This document shows, in pieces, positions 11,705 through 23,879 of a DNA stretch of 64,000 nt. The stretch is taken from NCBI RefSeq assembly GCF_963921235.1, contig NC_086097.1, positions 85,128,001-85,192,000 on the forward strand, in the 5' to 3' direction. Source of the DNA: Mobula hypostoma (Eukaryota). Position 1 is the first letter of the stretch; every line of letters starts with the position of its first letter. The notes under the pieces are model-generated. The model was not told the DNA's origin and did no database searches. It worked only from the letters and a program-made list of their open reading frames with translations. The position numbers and the translations under genes were made by a program.

Positions 11705-12480
11705 CAACACAGAGAGAATGCTCACTCCCAGCAGTTCAGGCTGCATCTGGGGAAGTGAATAGATAGTTGAAGTTTCAGGCCGAGAACCTTCTTCAGAATT
11801 AAAAGGAAGGGGGAAGATGCCAGAATAAAAAGGTGGGGGGGGGGGGAAGAAGCAAAAATGAAAGTGATAGGTGAATCCAGGTGGATGGGAAAGATCCAGG
11901 GCTGGAGGGGAAGGAATCTGATAGGAGAGGAAAGTGGACCGTAGGAGAAAGGGACCCAGGAGGAAATAATAGGCAGGGAAGAAGAAGTAAAAGGTCAAGA
12001 GTGGGGAATAAAAGAAGGGGGTGGAAATTGGTTTAGCAGAAGAAGAAATCGATGTGTCATGCCATGGCACAGGAGGAGGCCTTGGACCAACGTGTCAGAA
12101 CAGGAATGGGAATTCGGAATTAAAATGTTTGGCCGCCAGGAAGTCCCGCTTGTGGTGGATGGTGCGGGGGTGCTCGATGAAGCGCTCCCCCAATTTATGG
12201 GTCTCACCAGTGTAGAGGAGGCCGCATCGGGAGTACTGGACACAATAGACAACCCCAGCAGCTTCGCAGGTGAAGTGTCGCCTCACCTGGAAGGACTGTT
12301 TGGGGCCCTGAATGGTCGTGAGGGAGCTGGTGTAGGGGCAGGTGTAGCACTTAGGCCGCTGGCTGGCACAAGTGCCAGGAAGGACAAACGGACAAAGGAA
12401 TCGCAGAGGGAGCGATTCTTGTGGAAGGCGGAGGGAGTGGGGGGAGGTAAGGATATGTTTTGTGGTAGGATCCTTTTGGA
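11705..12480 (-). mobile_element. Penelope-like element fragment (GIY-YIG endonuclease and pLTR with hammerhead core)
   Basis: ORF 12095..12286 'FTCEAAGVVYCVQYSRCGLLYTGET...RFIEH' is a GIY-YIG domain. Downstream CTGAAGA-AGGTTCTCGGCCT-GAAAC hammerhead-like core at ~11766-11800. Confidence 0.85.
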
Positions 12481-12984
12481 TTCTACCACCGCTGCCTCAC
12501 AGCTCTGGAGACCTGCATTCTACTCCATCACCAGGTGTCATCCGCGTAGAGTCTGCAAATTCTCTGAGAAACCAGTGAGTTTCTTCTAGCTCCTGTTTCC
12601 TCCCACCCCTCAAAGATGCACAGGCATGTTAATTGTCCGGTGTAAGTAGTCACCAGTGTAGGCACAGACAAAGGAACGAAAGGGGAGTTGATGGGCAAGT
12701 GTAAGAGGAAGACATTGCAAGAGTATTCTGGGAAATAAGAAGGGGAATGTGACTAATGGGATTGCTCTTCTGGGAGCTGGCATTGAGCAATCTGCCCTTT
12801 ATGTGTCATTACAAATATAAATGGTGGTGCTTTTTACCATGAATAACTCAAGTTCTGAAAATCGAATTACCTCACAATCCATGCAATCTGCCAATAAATT
12901 AATTAGCAAACTGGGATCCATCACTTTTAGAAAGAAGATTAAGGTCTTTACAAAGTGGAAAAAGGCAGCAAACAAATTTGGTTG

Positions 12985-13225
12985 TCTGGTGGTTATGTTA
13001 CTGGTTCAGCAAGTTAAACTCCATAAGTAATAATCCATATAATACAAATTTAATTCTCATTATAGAAGTTGTTTGAACTTGGTTAGAACAGTTGTATAAG
13101 CAAGCTGGTTCACTAAAATGAGAAGGGAAATGTTTACTTTTCTAGTCTACATCAGGCCCCAATCGCACACCAAATGGTCGTCTTCAGTTGTTTCCAAGGA
13201 GGTCTAGCAAGCGACCATCAGTCAG
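12985..13225 (+). mobile_element. Old tRNA-derived SINE remnant
   Basis: Degenerate tRNA-like head (GTCTGGTGGTTATGTTACTGG) and CTGGTTCACTAA...AGGGAAAT body. A similar remnant lies in reverse at ~21545-21690. Confidence 0.4.
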
Positions 13226-13790
13226 GATTTCAATGCCTATTGTCTACCTAAACCTGGCCTAGAATTTGACTTGCTGCATAAGGCTTTCAAAGCAAAGGAC
13301 GTGACAAAGAAAGGATGTCACGTGTGCTGGGAACCTGTCCTTTCAACCTATCTTTGCATTGCCTATAGACTACAGTGACTGGCATTCTTAACGTGTCAGG
13401 TGCAACCAGCCTGTTTTACATGTAGTGCAACACGATTTCACCAGGACACTGCAGCAGTAAAGGCATTCTAAATAAAGACCCTATGTTTTTTAAAATGTGA
13501 TTATATTGACTTCAGCATAGAAGAACTGAAGGGTTTGGCAGGTTACATGAGCTCTGTCTTTACCACTGCCTGTTAGGTAGTGGGGGGGTGGGGTGTGGAA
13601 CAAGGTCCAAATGTAGCTTTATTCAGCCTCCTAATAGGCCAAGAAAATGGTGGCATGTGACACCACTATGGTTGCACTATAGGCCCTTCACTAATCAGCA
13701 AGCAAGTTTGCAATTAAAAGTAAGTTGCATGTCTGACTGCAGTGGTTTTCGAGCAACCCATTGTACATTTTCTCTCTTATATCCTTACAG

Positions 13791-13894
13791 GAAAACCATA
13801 AGCGTTAAAATAAATGATGATGAGGAATACGAAAAGCAGGAACATTTCTTCATTGTGCTTGGTGAACCGAAATGGATGAAACGAGGAATATCAG
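13791..13894 (+). CDS. SLC8A3: Sodium/calcium exchanger 3, mutually exclusive exon B (CBD2)
   Basis: Acceptor TTTTCTCTCTTATATCCTTACAG. 104 nt encoding KTISVKINDDEEYEKQEHFFIVLGEPKWMKRGIS, matching recalled NCX3 exon B (…GEPKWMERGIS). Donor CAG|GTGTGA. Confidence 0.95.
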
Positions 13895-15239
13895 GTGTGA
13901 GATCCTGAGATGTAACGGCTTTTTTTTTGAGAAAATCTATTACTTTTCCTCCTGTATTCCCGCTCTCACCCTGTTTCGGTCATCTATGCCTAGTGCTTTT
14001 TTTGGTTTCTCTCCCAGATCATGTGCACTGCATTTTCTCGGCCTGGTCTAGTACTTGCATATAACATCTTGTTGCCGCAAACCGTGCGATGGAACTGGGA
14101 TACCGAGGCAATGCACGTGACTTCATTTTCCTGTATTCAGCTTAATCCTCTTGCTATTTTATTCATCATCTTTTTTTTTGTTTGGAAAAAATAATACATT
14201 ACTTAAAAATTGGCATCTTGGAGGGATGCTTTCCAGGCAGTCAGTCATACACTTTCATTACTAAGGACACAGCAGCCCCTTTGTTTGAATGGCAAAGAAT
14301 GTTTTTCAAATACCCTTAATGCGCGTGTGAGTGTGAATAAGGCTGGAAAGAATGGGTCAAATCCAACTGAATCCCAGGCATAAAGTAGCAGACGGTTTAT
14401 TGTCTTAGTTTGCTTCTATTAATCAAATGCATTTCTCCATTTTATATACCTTTTAAGTTACTCCATTTATCTTGATATATCTTTGTCCTGTCTCCATCCT
14501 ACCCATCCTGTCTCACATTCCAGCCCTCCTCTCTCATGGAGAGATAAGGAAAGTCAAAGTTATTCTCCTTGGACCAAGGAAGATTAAGTGGTGGTTAAAA
14601 GAGACGCTCGAAATGATGAGGGGCTTTGGTGAGTCACAGTGACTATAGGCAGGAGCATTGGACATAGACTTAAGGTGACTGAGACGTAAGAGTCAAGTGG
14701 GAGATGATTCTTCTGTTCCAACGGTGGTTAGTTATATTATAAAACTTAACAGGTGATGGAGGCAGGTTTTTGAAAGGGAAGTGCTTTAGTATTGAAGAGG
14801 CAAAGTTTGAAGGGGGTTGAGAACAAGGGAGGAGATTGGGACCAGTTGGCTTCAAAAAGCAACACGAATTCTCTCTATGAGCCGGGTACATCCTCATGCT
14901 GAGCATTTCCTAGTGACTATCAATCGGCCCTTCAAGTGACATTGCTACAGAGCCTGGTCTGGTCTTAGATCCATGTCCAGAGAGATTCCAGTCTAATTTG
15001 CCTCCATGCTCCACTTCCCTTTCTACATATATAACTTGCTGATGTGATCCTTGGCCATGCTGTGATGTGGAAACTTTAATGCTATTTGGCATGAAGAGGT
15101 GATGTCATGGCACAGTTGCGATTCAAGAGGGCTCCATCAGTTCACAGCTAATGAGCAGTCATGAGGAATGGCTTGGGTCACTTTTCCTGTTCAGTTACCT
15201 TCCCATTTTACTGAACTGTCATTTAAATAAATCACCTTA

Positions 15240-18115
15240 AGGGCTGATTCATGAACTTGAGGGGGATCAAATCCTTGTGAGCGGATTTGCTAGAGTTGTT
15301 GGAGATGGTTTAAACTTGTATGGCGAGGGGATAGGAACCAGAGTGGTAGGTCAGAGGATGGGACAGTTGGTGTGCAAGTAGATGCAACACGTAGAGAGTT
15401 GGTGAGGAAGGCTGTGCAATTTAAAGGGTAAAGTTGCAGTCAGTGGGTTGGGTTGAGGTGTGTCCGTGAGTCTATTTTAATGGGAGAGCTATTTGAAGCA
15501 AGGGCGATGAACTTAAGGCATGGAACTATGATGTTGTGACCATTATGGAACTTGGCTGTCACAAGGGTAGGAATGGCTGCTGGATGTTCTGGGGTTTAGA
15601 TGTTTCAAAAGGGACGGGGAGGGGGAGGTAAAAGAGTTGGGGGACTGGCATTGACAGTTTCACAGCTGTAGAAAGAGGATGTCACGGATGGATTGTCTAT
15701 TGAGTCAGTGTGGTTGGATATTAGAAACAGGAAGAGAACAAACACACTGTTGGGAGTGTTCTATAATTCTCCCCAATAAAAACAGAGACACTGAGGAACA
15801 GATAGGGATGCAGATTTTCAAGAAGTGCCAAAATAACAAGATTGTTGTAATGGGGGAGTTCAACTTCCCTAATATTGATTGGCACCTCCTTAGTCTGAAA
15901 GGATTGAAAGGGTGGAATTTGTTATGGGTGTCCAGGAGGATTCCTGACACAGTATGTAGACAGGCTGACTAGGAGAGAAGCCATATTGCATTTGGTGCTA
16001 GATAATGAAACAAGTCATGTGTCAAATCTCTCAGTGGGAGTGCATTTCAGAGACAGTGACCACAACTATCTGACCTTTACTATAGCCTTGGAGAGGGATA
16101 AGATGAGATAGTATAAGGAAGTATTTAATTGGAGGAGGGAGAGTTATAAAGGTATTAGACAGGAACTAGGATGTTTGCAGGGAAATCCACGTGTGGAGGT
16201 TATTTTGGAAGCACTTGCATGGGGTTCTGGATAGGTTTGGCCGAATGAGGCAGGGAAACGATGGGAGGGTGAAGAAACCCTGATAGATAAAAGATGTTGA
16301 ACATCTAGTCAAGAGGAAGAAAGGAGCCTATTTAAATTTTAGGAAGCAAAGATCAGGCAGAGCTGTAGAAAATTACAAAGTAGCAGGAAGGAGTTTAAGA
16401 ACGGACTTAGGAGAGCTAGAAGGGGCATTAGAAGGGCATGGTGAGTAGGATTTAGGAAAACCCCAAGGTATTCTACAGGTATGTGAAGGACAGCAGGATG
16501 GACAAAGTGAAGATTGGACAAAGTGAAGGTTGGATCGAACAGGGGTGGTGGAGGAAACACATGCCTGATGGGACAGGCCTCAGAATTCACCAGTGAGAGG
16601 AACTTGATGACTGTGAGGACATCGTAAAACTGGCTGATATGCTCAAACACGCTGATGTTAAGAAAGAGAATGTGCTAGAACCTTTGAAAAGCATTAGAAT
16701 AGATAAGATCCCGGGACCAGACAGGATATCCCCCAGGTTACTACGGGAAGTGAGGGAAGAGATTGTTGCACCTTTGGCAATGACCTTTGTTTCTTCGTTG
16801 GCCACAGGAGAAGTACTAGATGATTGGACTGTGGCAAATATAATTCCTTTGTGTCAAGAACAGGAATAGGGGTAACCTTGGGAATTATTGACCAGTGAGT
16901 CTTACTCCAGTGGAAGGAAAATTATTGCAGAGGATTCTTAGAGACAGGATATATAAGTATTTAGAGAAGTCTAGTCTGATTAGGGATAGTCAACATGGCT
17001 TTGAGAGGGGAAGATCATACCTCAAGAGCCTGATTTAATCTTTGAGGATGTGACAAATCATGTTGATGAAGGTAGAGCAGTGGATTTTAGTAAAGCATTT
17101 GATAAGATTCCCTGTGGCTGGCTCCTTCAGAAGGTCAGGAGACATGGGATCCAGGGAAACTTGGCTGTGGAGATACAGAATTGGCTTGCCCAGTAGAAGG
17201 CAGAGGAAGTAGGAGATGGAGTATATTCTGCTTGGAAGTCAGTAACCAGTAGTATTCTGGAGGGATCTGTTGTGAGACCTCTGCTCTTTGTGATTTTTAT
17301 AAATGACTTAGATGAGGAAGTCTAAGGGTGTTCAATAAGTTTGCAGATGACACAAAGATTTGTGTAGATGTGGATACTGTAGAGGGTTGTTATAGGTTGC
17401 AAAGGGACATTGACAGGATGCAGAGCTGGGCCGAGAGGTGGCAGATGGAGTTCAACCCAGAAAAGTGTGAAATGATTTGCTTTGGAAAGTCGAATTTGAA
17501 GGCGGAATAGAGGCATAATGGTAGAATTCTTGGGAGTGTGAAGGAAAAGAGGGATCCAGGGGTCCACGTCAATAAATCCCTCAAAGACGCCATGCAAGTT
17601 GATGGGGTTGTGAAGAGGGTGAATGGTGTGTTGGCCTTCATTAGTCAAGGATTTGAGCTCAAGAATCATGAAGTAATGTAGCTCTATAACCCTGGTTAGA
17701 CCACACTTGGAATATTGTCTTATGAAGATAGGTTGAGCAATCTCGGGCTTTTCTCTCTGGAGCGAAGGAAAATGGAGGGCGACAATAGAGGTGCTCAAGA
17801 TGATAAGAAGAAGAAGTAGAGGGGATAGCCAGAGACATTTTCCCAGGGTAGAATGGACAGTACAAGGGGGCATAGTTTTAAGGTGATTGGAAGGAAGTAT
17901 GGGGGAGGAGGAGTCAGAGGTAAGTTCTTCACACAGGGAGTGCTGGGTGCATAAAACGGCCAGCTAGGGTTGGTAAAAGAGAGGGTCCATTAGAGGCATT
18001 TAAGATAGAAACATGGATGATAGAAAATTGGAGTGTTTTGTAGGAGGAAATGGTTAAAAGGTGGCACACTATCATGAGCTGAAGAGCCTGTACAGTGCTG
18101 CCATGTCCTGTGCTC
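15240..18115 (+). mobile_element. CR1 LINE, degenerate (APE endonuclease and RT)
   Basis: Peptides 'IVVMGEFNFPNIDW', 'DKIPGPDRISPRLLRE', 'KFADDTKI', 'LQRDIDRMQSWAERWQMEFNPEKC'. Many stops and frameshifts. Confidence 0.92.
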
Positions 18116-19437
18116 GATATCATTCTGTGCATGATGTGAGAAGGTCCCAAATCCATTCTGTCATGATCTCAACATAATCTTAGATTATGAGTTTGCACAG
18201 AATACCTTTCATATTTTATGATGATTAATGTGGTCATACCCACTCATTGTTGATGGGGAAAACAATTATTTGAATGGTCTATGCAGAGGTATATGGAAAT
18301 GAAAACCAGACACTATAAGTCATTTTAATCTAAACTTTTCGCCTGATAGAACAACAGAAATGGTGTTCGATAAGACAACTCACATGAATATTAAAGTCCC
18401 ATATTTCTTTCGCCCAGTCCAATACTGTTTACCTCTTAATTTTAAACATGACATACACAATTTCGAGCTGTAGCTTATAATCATTTATTATTTCTCTTTC
18501 CTTTCTTCTCCCAATTAATAAAACCTTGCTGTCTGGGATTCAGTTGGGTGACACTTTAAGCTTATGTAATGCTGAGTCTTAAATACAAAGTGGATGCTGT
18601 TCCTTTAAGCATACTTTTCCTCTATGCTTATAATATGTTTAGCCATACTGTCATTTCTGTTGATGTGTTTGCTCTTCTGCTGCTGCCCTGCACACTGAAT
18701 GACCAGCTGTGTTGTACTTTGCTTTGGTTTGGTTTAAGAAGCATGCCAGTGAAGCTGTGTGACTCTTCGTGACAGGCCACCAGCAAAGTGGAGGCTCTGC
18801 AGGTTTGGCAAAGCAATGGTACCATTCATGTGAATGGCACAAACCGGATTCAGCTACAGCACCCTTAACCTTTTCGAGTACTCTTCTCCCTTAGTAGCTT
18901 TGGCTGAACGCTGGTTGGCAAAGTTACGAAGTGAAAGGAGCCATTGATACATTTGCAAAGACTGGAAAGCAACATATAAAATATTAAGCGTAGAAAGTAA
19001 ACATGGTTTTGTTCCCTCTGATGGCATCTGTTATTGGAGAAAGTAACACATGCTGGAACAATTTGATGGGGAGGCTGGACAGGGGTGAGTAGCAGACTCT
19101 AGGGTGAGAACAGTCTCACTGTTTCACAAGAGCAAGGGTCTGAAACCACTGCTGTTACTAAACAAGTACAGTGTTGGCATTTTAAAAAGAGTATATAAAA
19201 TGGAGTTCTGAGGGCGTGCTTGCTGCATTTAGAACCTTCTAAACCTTCAGTTGAGCTACGGCAAGGACACCTCATGGATAGGCAGAGGTGTCTCAACCAG
19301 GCATTCACCTCAGAATGGAATAGATTTGGGTTTTCACTTGAAATGAACTAATTAGTCCAGCAAATTTTCACAAATGGCTTGGGTATAATTAGGTCCTTCT
19401 GAGTTAAGTACTAAGATCAAAAAGAGAATGTGCAGAT

Positions 19438-19439
<2 letters not shown>

Positions 19440-19477
<38 letters not shown>
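19440..19477. repeat. (GT)n microsatellite
   Basis: Uninterrupted GT dinucleotide run of about 19 units. Confidence 0.97.
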
Positions 19478-19479
<2 letters not shown>

Positions 19480-21171
19480 CTGAGATGAGGATGGTAGTAT
19501 TGTGGTTGGAGAGGCGTGGGCCACTTATATCCAACTCATAAGTTAGATACGGCTATACAAATGTGGCCTATATAGTCAGTCTCATATTTACAATGAATAT
19601 GGAACTAGAAGCCTTCTCACCAACCCCAATGTACGCACTGCTCTCCACTATTTTCCCACCCCTACCCGTTGCCCCGACAGTTCCATAGCTAGTTAAGATC
19701 CTCAGAAACTTACTTAAGATAATAAACACTCTGGAGGGAAATTCCACTTCAAGTCTCTCAAGCAATCGAAACCTCTTTCAGAAGGGTATATTTATCTTTT
19801 GGCCATGTTCCAATATTAAGTACTTTGATACTTAAATATATGTTGCTGAGTTTTTTTTATGATTACTAGGAATTTAAATGTAAGTTAGTATATTTTAATG
19901 GAGTGGGTTTAATTCAGCAGATTTTACAGAAATTAATCTATGTTATTAAAACTAAGCACTGCAGTTGAGTTGTCTTCCCCAAGTTGTCAGTAGAATAGTT
20001 CACATAGCAGGTAACTTAACCCAGATTGTTACAATTATTTTAAATTAGATGCCAAGGAGAACTTCTTGCTACCTTCTCTCATCATCGAAAATATAACTAA
20101 AAAAAGGATATAAACTATTACAAGATAGGATGTGCATCAGTACAAAAACTACCTAGCACTGTTAGTGAGGCTCCTGTTGTATACGTTTTATATTGGGTTG
20201 CTAGAAATCCGGTCTGTGTACATTGAACTCAATGGATGCCATTGACTTCCCATGGTTTTCATTTTGGCTCATTACATAATCCCAGTGCCCAGCAACGATT
20301 GGCATAGAGAGCATTTCCAAAAAAGAACAAACAGTATGAAAGAGAATGTGGGAATAGCTGATGTGTAGCAGAACCCAGATGTTGCTTCATTGTGGGACTC
20401 AAGATCCAATTTTTGTCAGAGTGATTGGAATTAATGATTCAAATTCCAGTCTGAGAGAAAAAAAATGATCTGTTTGAAAATCCTGCCGTAAAACAAGGTC
20501 CCAAAGTGTTGGACAGCATTTCCTTCGCCTTGTATGTAAATATTCTGATCAAGTCATATTTGTCGCAAAAGTATATTGAAGCCAATGTACTCCCTGTTTG
20601 GCGATGTGATGTAATTTGCATTTCATCGTGCCTTATTCCACTTTATTCCCCAAAGTTGTAACTCTGAAGTTCAGTGAGTATTGTACTTTCTGATCTGCCA
20701 GCCACTCTGCCTGAGGCACATCATGTTAAGGGCATTGCAGTGAATGACAGCTATCTGTTCTCTTCACGTTGCAATAAGTTGTTAATGCAAGCACAGCGTG
20801 CTGACCAACAAACGCATCAATTGTCTTAACCACTATATCCCATTAAAGGCCATCTCTGGATTCAAACTATGAACTTGTATGTAAAATGTAAATGCTGCAG
20901 ACACTGGACAACATCTATTGAGAGCGATAAGCAGAGACCTGAACAAATGTATACAGATCCTCTCCATCACAATTTCTACTTTCCTTCACCCTATAATGTC
21001 ATCATTCTCACCCTCATTAATGCTTTTGTTAGTGTCCAACGTCCCCAAGACTCTCGCTAACTGCCGCTAGTCCTTTCCACTCCTCGACACAGCAAATGAT
21101 TTGGATTGGCTTCCAGTCTACCAAGGACTCAATTTTAAACTTCTCTTTCTCATGCTTAGATTCCCCTATGG

Positions 21172-21236
21172 CAGGGGTTCCCAACTTGGACCATGGACCC
21201 CTTGCTTTATGGCATAAAAAAGGTTGGAATGCTCTA
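21172..21236. mobile_element. Small hAT-type MITE (second copy at ~23025-23106)
   Basis: CAGGGGTTCCCAAC...CCATGGACCCC...ATGGCATAAAAAAGGTTGG. The same motifs recur at 23028-23106. Confidence 0.6.
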
Positions 21237-22314
21237 TAGATTTATCCTTCTTGTTTTCCCATAACTTCAGACAGACTCCTGGGAGCTCTGTATTCCTCTA
21301 ACTGCGCATATCCACCATTAAGCATCTGACTCCGATTCCCTGGATTTCCCTCCCCATATCTCTTCCCCTTGAAGGCACTATGCTCCCTTCCTTTTCTATT
21401 CATTACTGAAGGCATCACTCGCATTTAATGCCCATTCCTAAATGCCATTTTAAAGATTGATGTCATGTAGTGACTCTGGAATTCCTTTATTCCAGCAGGA
21501 AAAAATTGTAATTCAGACCTTTTTGTTACAAAATCTCACAGAATCTGTGGTCATCATTGCTAACACTAGTTGTTGTATCCAAATTGTAAATACAAATTAG
21601 AATTTCAAAGCTGCCGCAGTGAGATTTGAACTTAAGTCTCTGGATTGTTAGTCCAGTTATGTGGACTTAACTAGTAAATTGACCACTTGTAACTATCATC
21701 TTCATACGTTCTTAAATCAATAGTAGGAATAAATCTATCAAATCTTTGCATCTACAAACCAAATGCAGCCTACAGTAAATAAGGAGAGCAAAACTTCACC
21801 AAATCCCTGTACATAACTTCCTTACACTTGTAACCCAACCTCCATAAAAAGAAGTTTACTATTTAATTTAAAGTCATGAAGTTGTAATGCACAGAAATAG
21901 ACCCTTCGACCTAACTTTCCGCGCAAGTCTATAAAATATAATTTACCCTCAAGAGCCCACATTCCACTTCATTGCATTCCAGTGAGCAACTATTAAGTTG
22001 AAATGCCTCAGGTGAGGCTCAAATTGGATGTCCCAAACCTTGATCAGGATATTGCATCATGATGTAAGGTAAATGTATTTCTCTCTGATTCTTATCCTTA
22101 AGACATATTTTTGGATCATCCAATAAAGTACATTTTGGTGTATGCTCTGCAAAAGCCACAAAATGGATCAAAACATGAGATATTTCATATCAGGGAGATG
22201 AAATGAGTCAGGAGTGATTACTAACTGCAGACCACCTACTCTGTTGCAATGAAGAATGGGAAGATGCCTCTGATTCTTTCTGAGATTTGATCCTTTTCCT
22301 CTCTTTCTCTGCAG

Positions 22315-22335
22315 CTCTCTTATTGGCACAGCCGG
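22315..22335 (+). CDS. SLC8A3: Sodium/calcium exchanger 3, cassette microexon C (21 nt, ALLLAQP)
   Basis: Strong acceptor TCCTTTTCCTCTCTTTCTCTGCAG and donor CGG|GTAAGC. Phase 1 to phase 1; with the last G of exon A or B it reads A-L-L-L-A-Q-P, resembling NCX3 exon C (ALLLSP). Confidence 0.88.
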
Positions 22336-23879
22336 GTAAGCAGATCTTTCCTGATTTTTCTAAACTGCCATTTTTTTGTAACCTATGCTACATGTATGTG
22401 CGTGGAGATCTATTATAGAGAGAGAAATTCCAGTGGAACGGTGGGAAGATCAAAGTGCAAAGTTTCTAGAAACATGGGTTTGTTGATAGAACTGAATGTA
22501 GGAGGGGTAGTTTAAGAGCCCTGGTTGCTGCCAGAGTTTGCCATGTTGTTGTGTAATGGAACTTAACAGCCACATCACCTCCAGTGTTCCAATTGTACTT
22601 GCTATCTGTGAAATGTCAGCACAGATACACCAGCTTGAAATATAGGCACTTCCTCATCTTCTGCTGCTTGTTATAGTAAGATTAAATGAAAAAGTTTGGT
22701 AAATGAATCCTCTTTTTGTACAGTTTCTTTTGCTGCCTCTCACAATTAAAATCTCCCTCTGAGAGAGGGAAGCAGTGTCCCATTTGATGCTGCTATGCTC
22801 CAAGAGGTTTGGGAGCTCCAAGAGTGGGACAGCCCAGTCTCCTCTCAACTACTTGCATAGTTTCTTCTTCTTTAGCTGGCATGGTGACAAGACCTAGGCA
22901 GGAGACCTTACATAACTATCAGTGTCGTTTTATGATTAGTTTTCAGAAGCCGAGCTCCATGGGTTAAAGGAGGGAACATAAAAAGGGATAAATGATGGAG
23001 AAGCCATTTAAAGCTACTTTTAGAAAACAGGTTCCCAACCTCGGATCTATGGACCCCCTCGGTTAACGGTAGGGGTCCATGGCATAAAAGAGGTTTAGAA
23101 CCCTTGCTTTAGAAGAATGATTAAAACCTATCAGGCCAAATAAGAACAGCATTCCGATGGCTTAATCAGTCTCTGATCTCACCGTACCTATCAATTCCTT
23201 TTCCATCCAGATATGTATAATTTTTTTCTCTTGACACCGTGCTCATTAATTGTCCTAATGCAATAATTGCACTGATTACCTACAGCTGGCTGAATGGTGG
23301 GTGCCACCTATCCAGCCAGGTACAGGTGTAACATTACACTTCATTTGTAATTAAACAACTCATTCTTGGAGCAATATGATCCAAAGTGTCAGTATTACAG
23401 TTTATTCAGGGATAGTCCTTTATTTTCATTATCTATTTCTTGAAATCATTTCAGAGGGCACATTGGTTCAACAGTTACAATATTAATTCTAGGCTCATTA
23501 ACTTCTATTTGGGCAGAACTACAAACTAAAATAACATCCATAGCATCCCACATTTTAAAACCAAAATGTTGTAAAACCATCTTGAGATCTTTGTTTGCAT
23601 TTCCTGGACAACTGAGCTCTATTTGTGTTTTTCTCTCACCAATTTTTTATCATTATTTCTTCCCAACCATGATGAAAATTGAGAAGTGGCTGGAAAAAGC
23701 CTTGATAAAATAGTCAAAATGCCCGTTCGTTCAGGTCATACCTTACTGAATGGTGCAGTGAATGAAGATTTATGCTAGTATTGTTATGTACTTGTTTTTG
23801 TGCACATGTTACGCAGTTCAGAGTAGCTTCACTACTGCATGAAATAGGTATTTCATACGGTAGCTGGGATGTGAATTAC

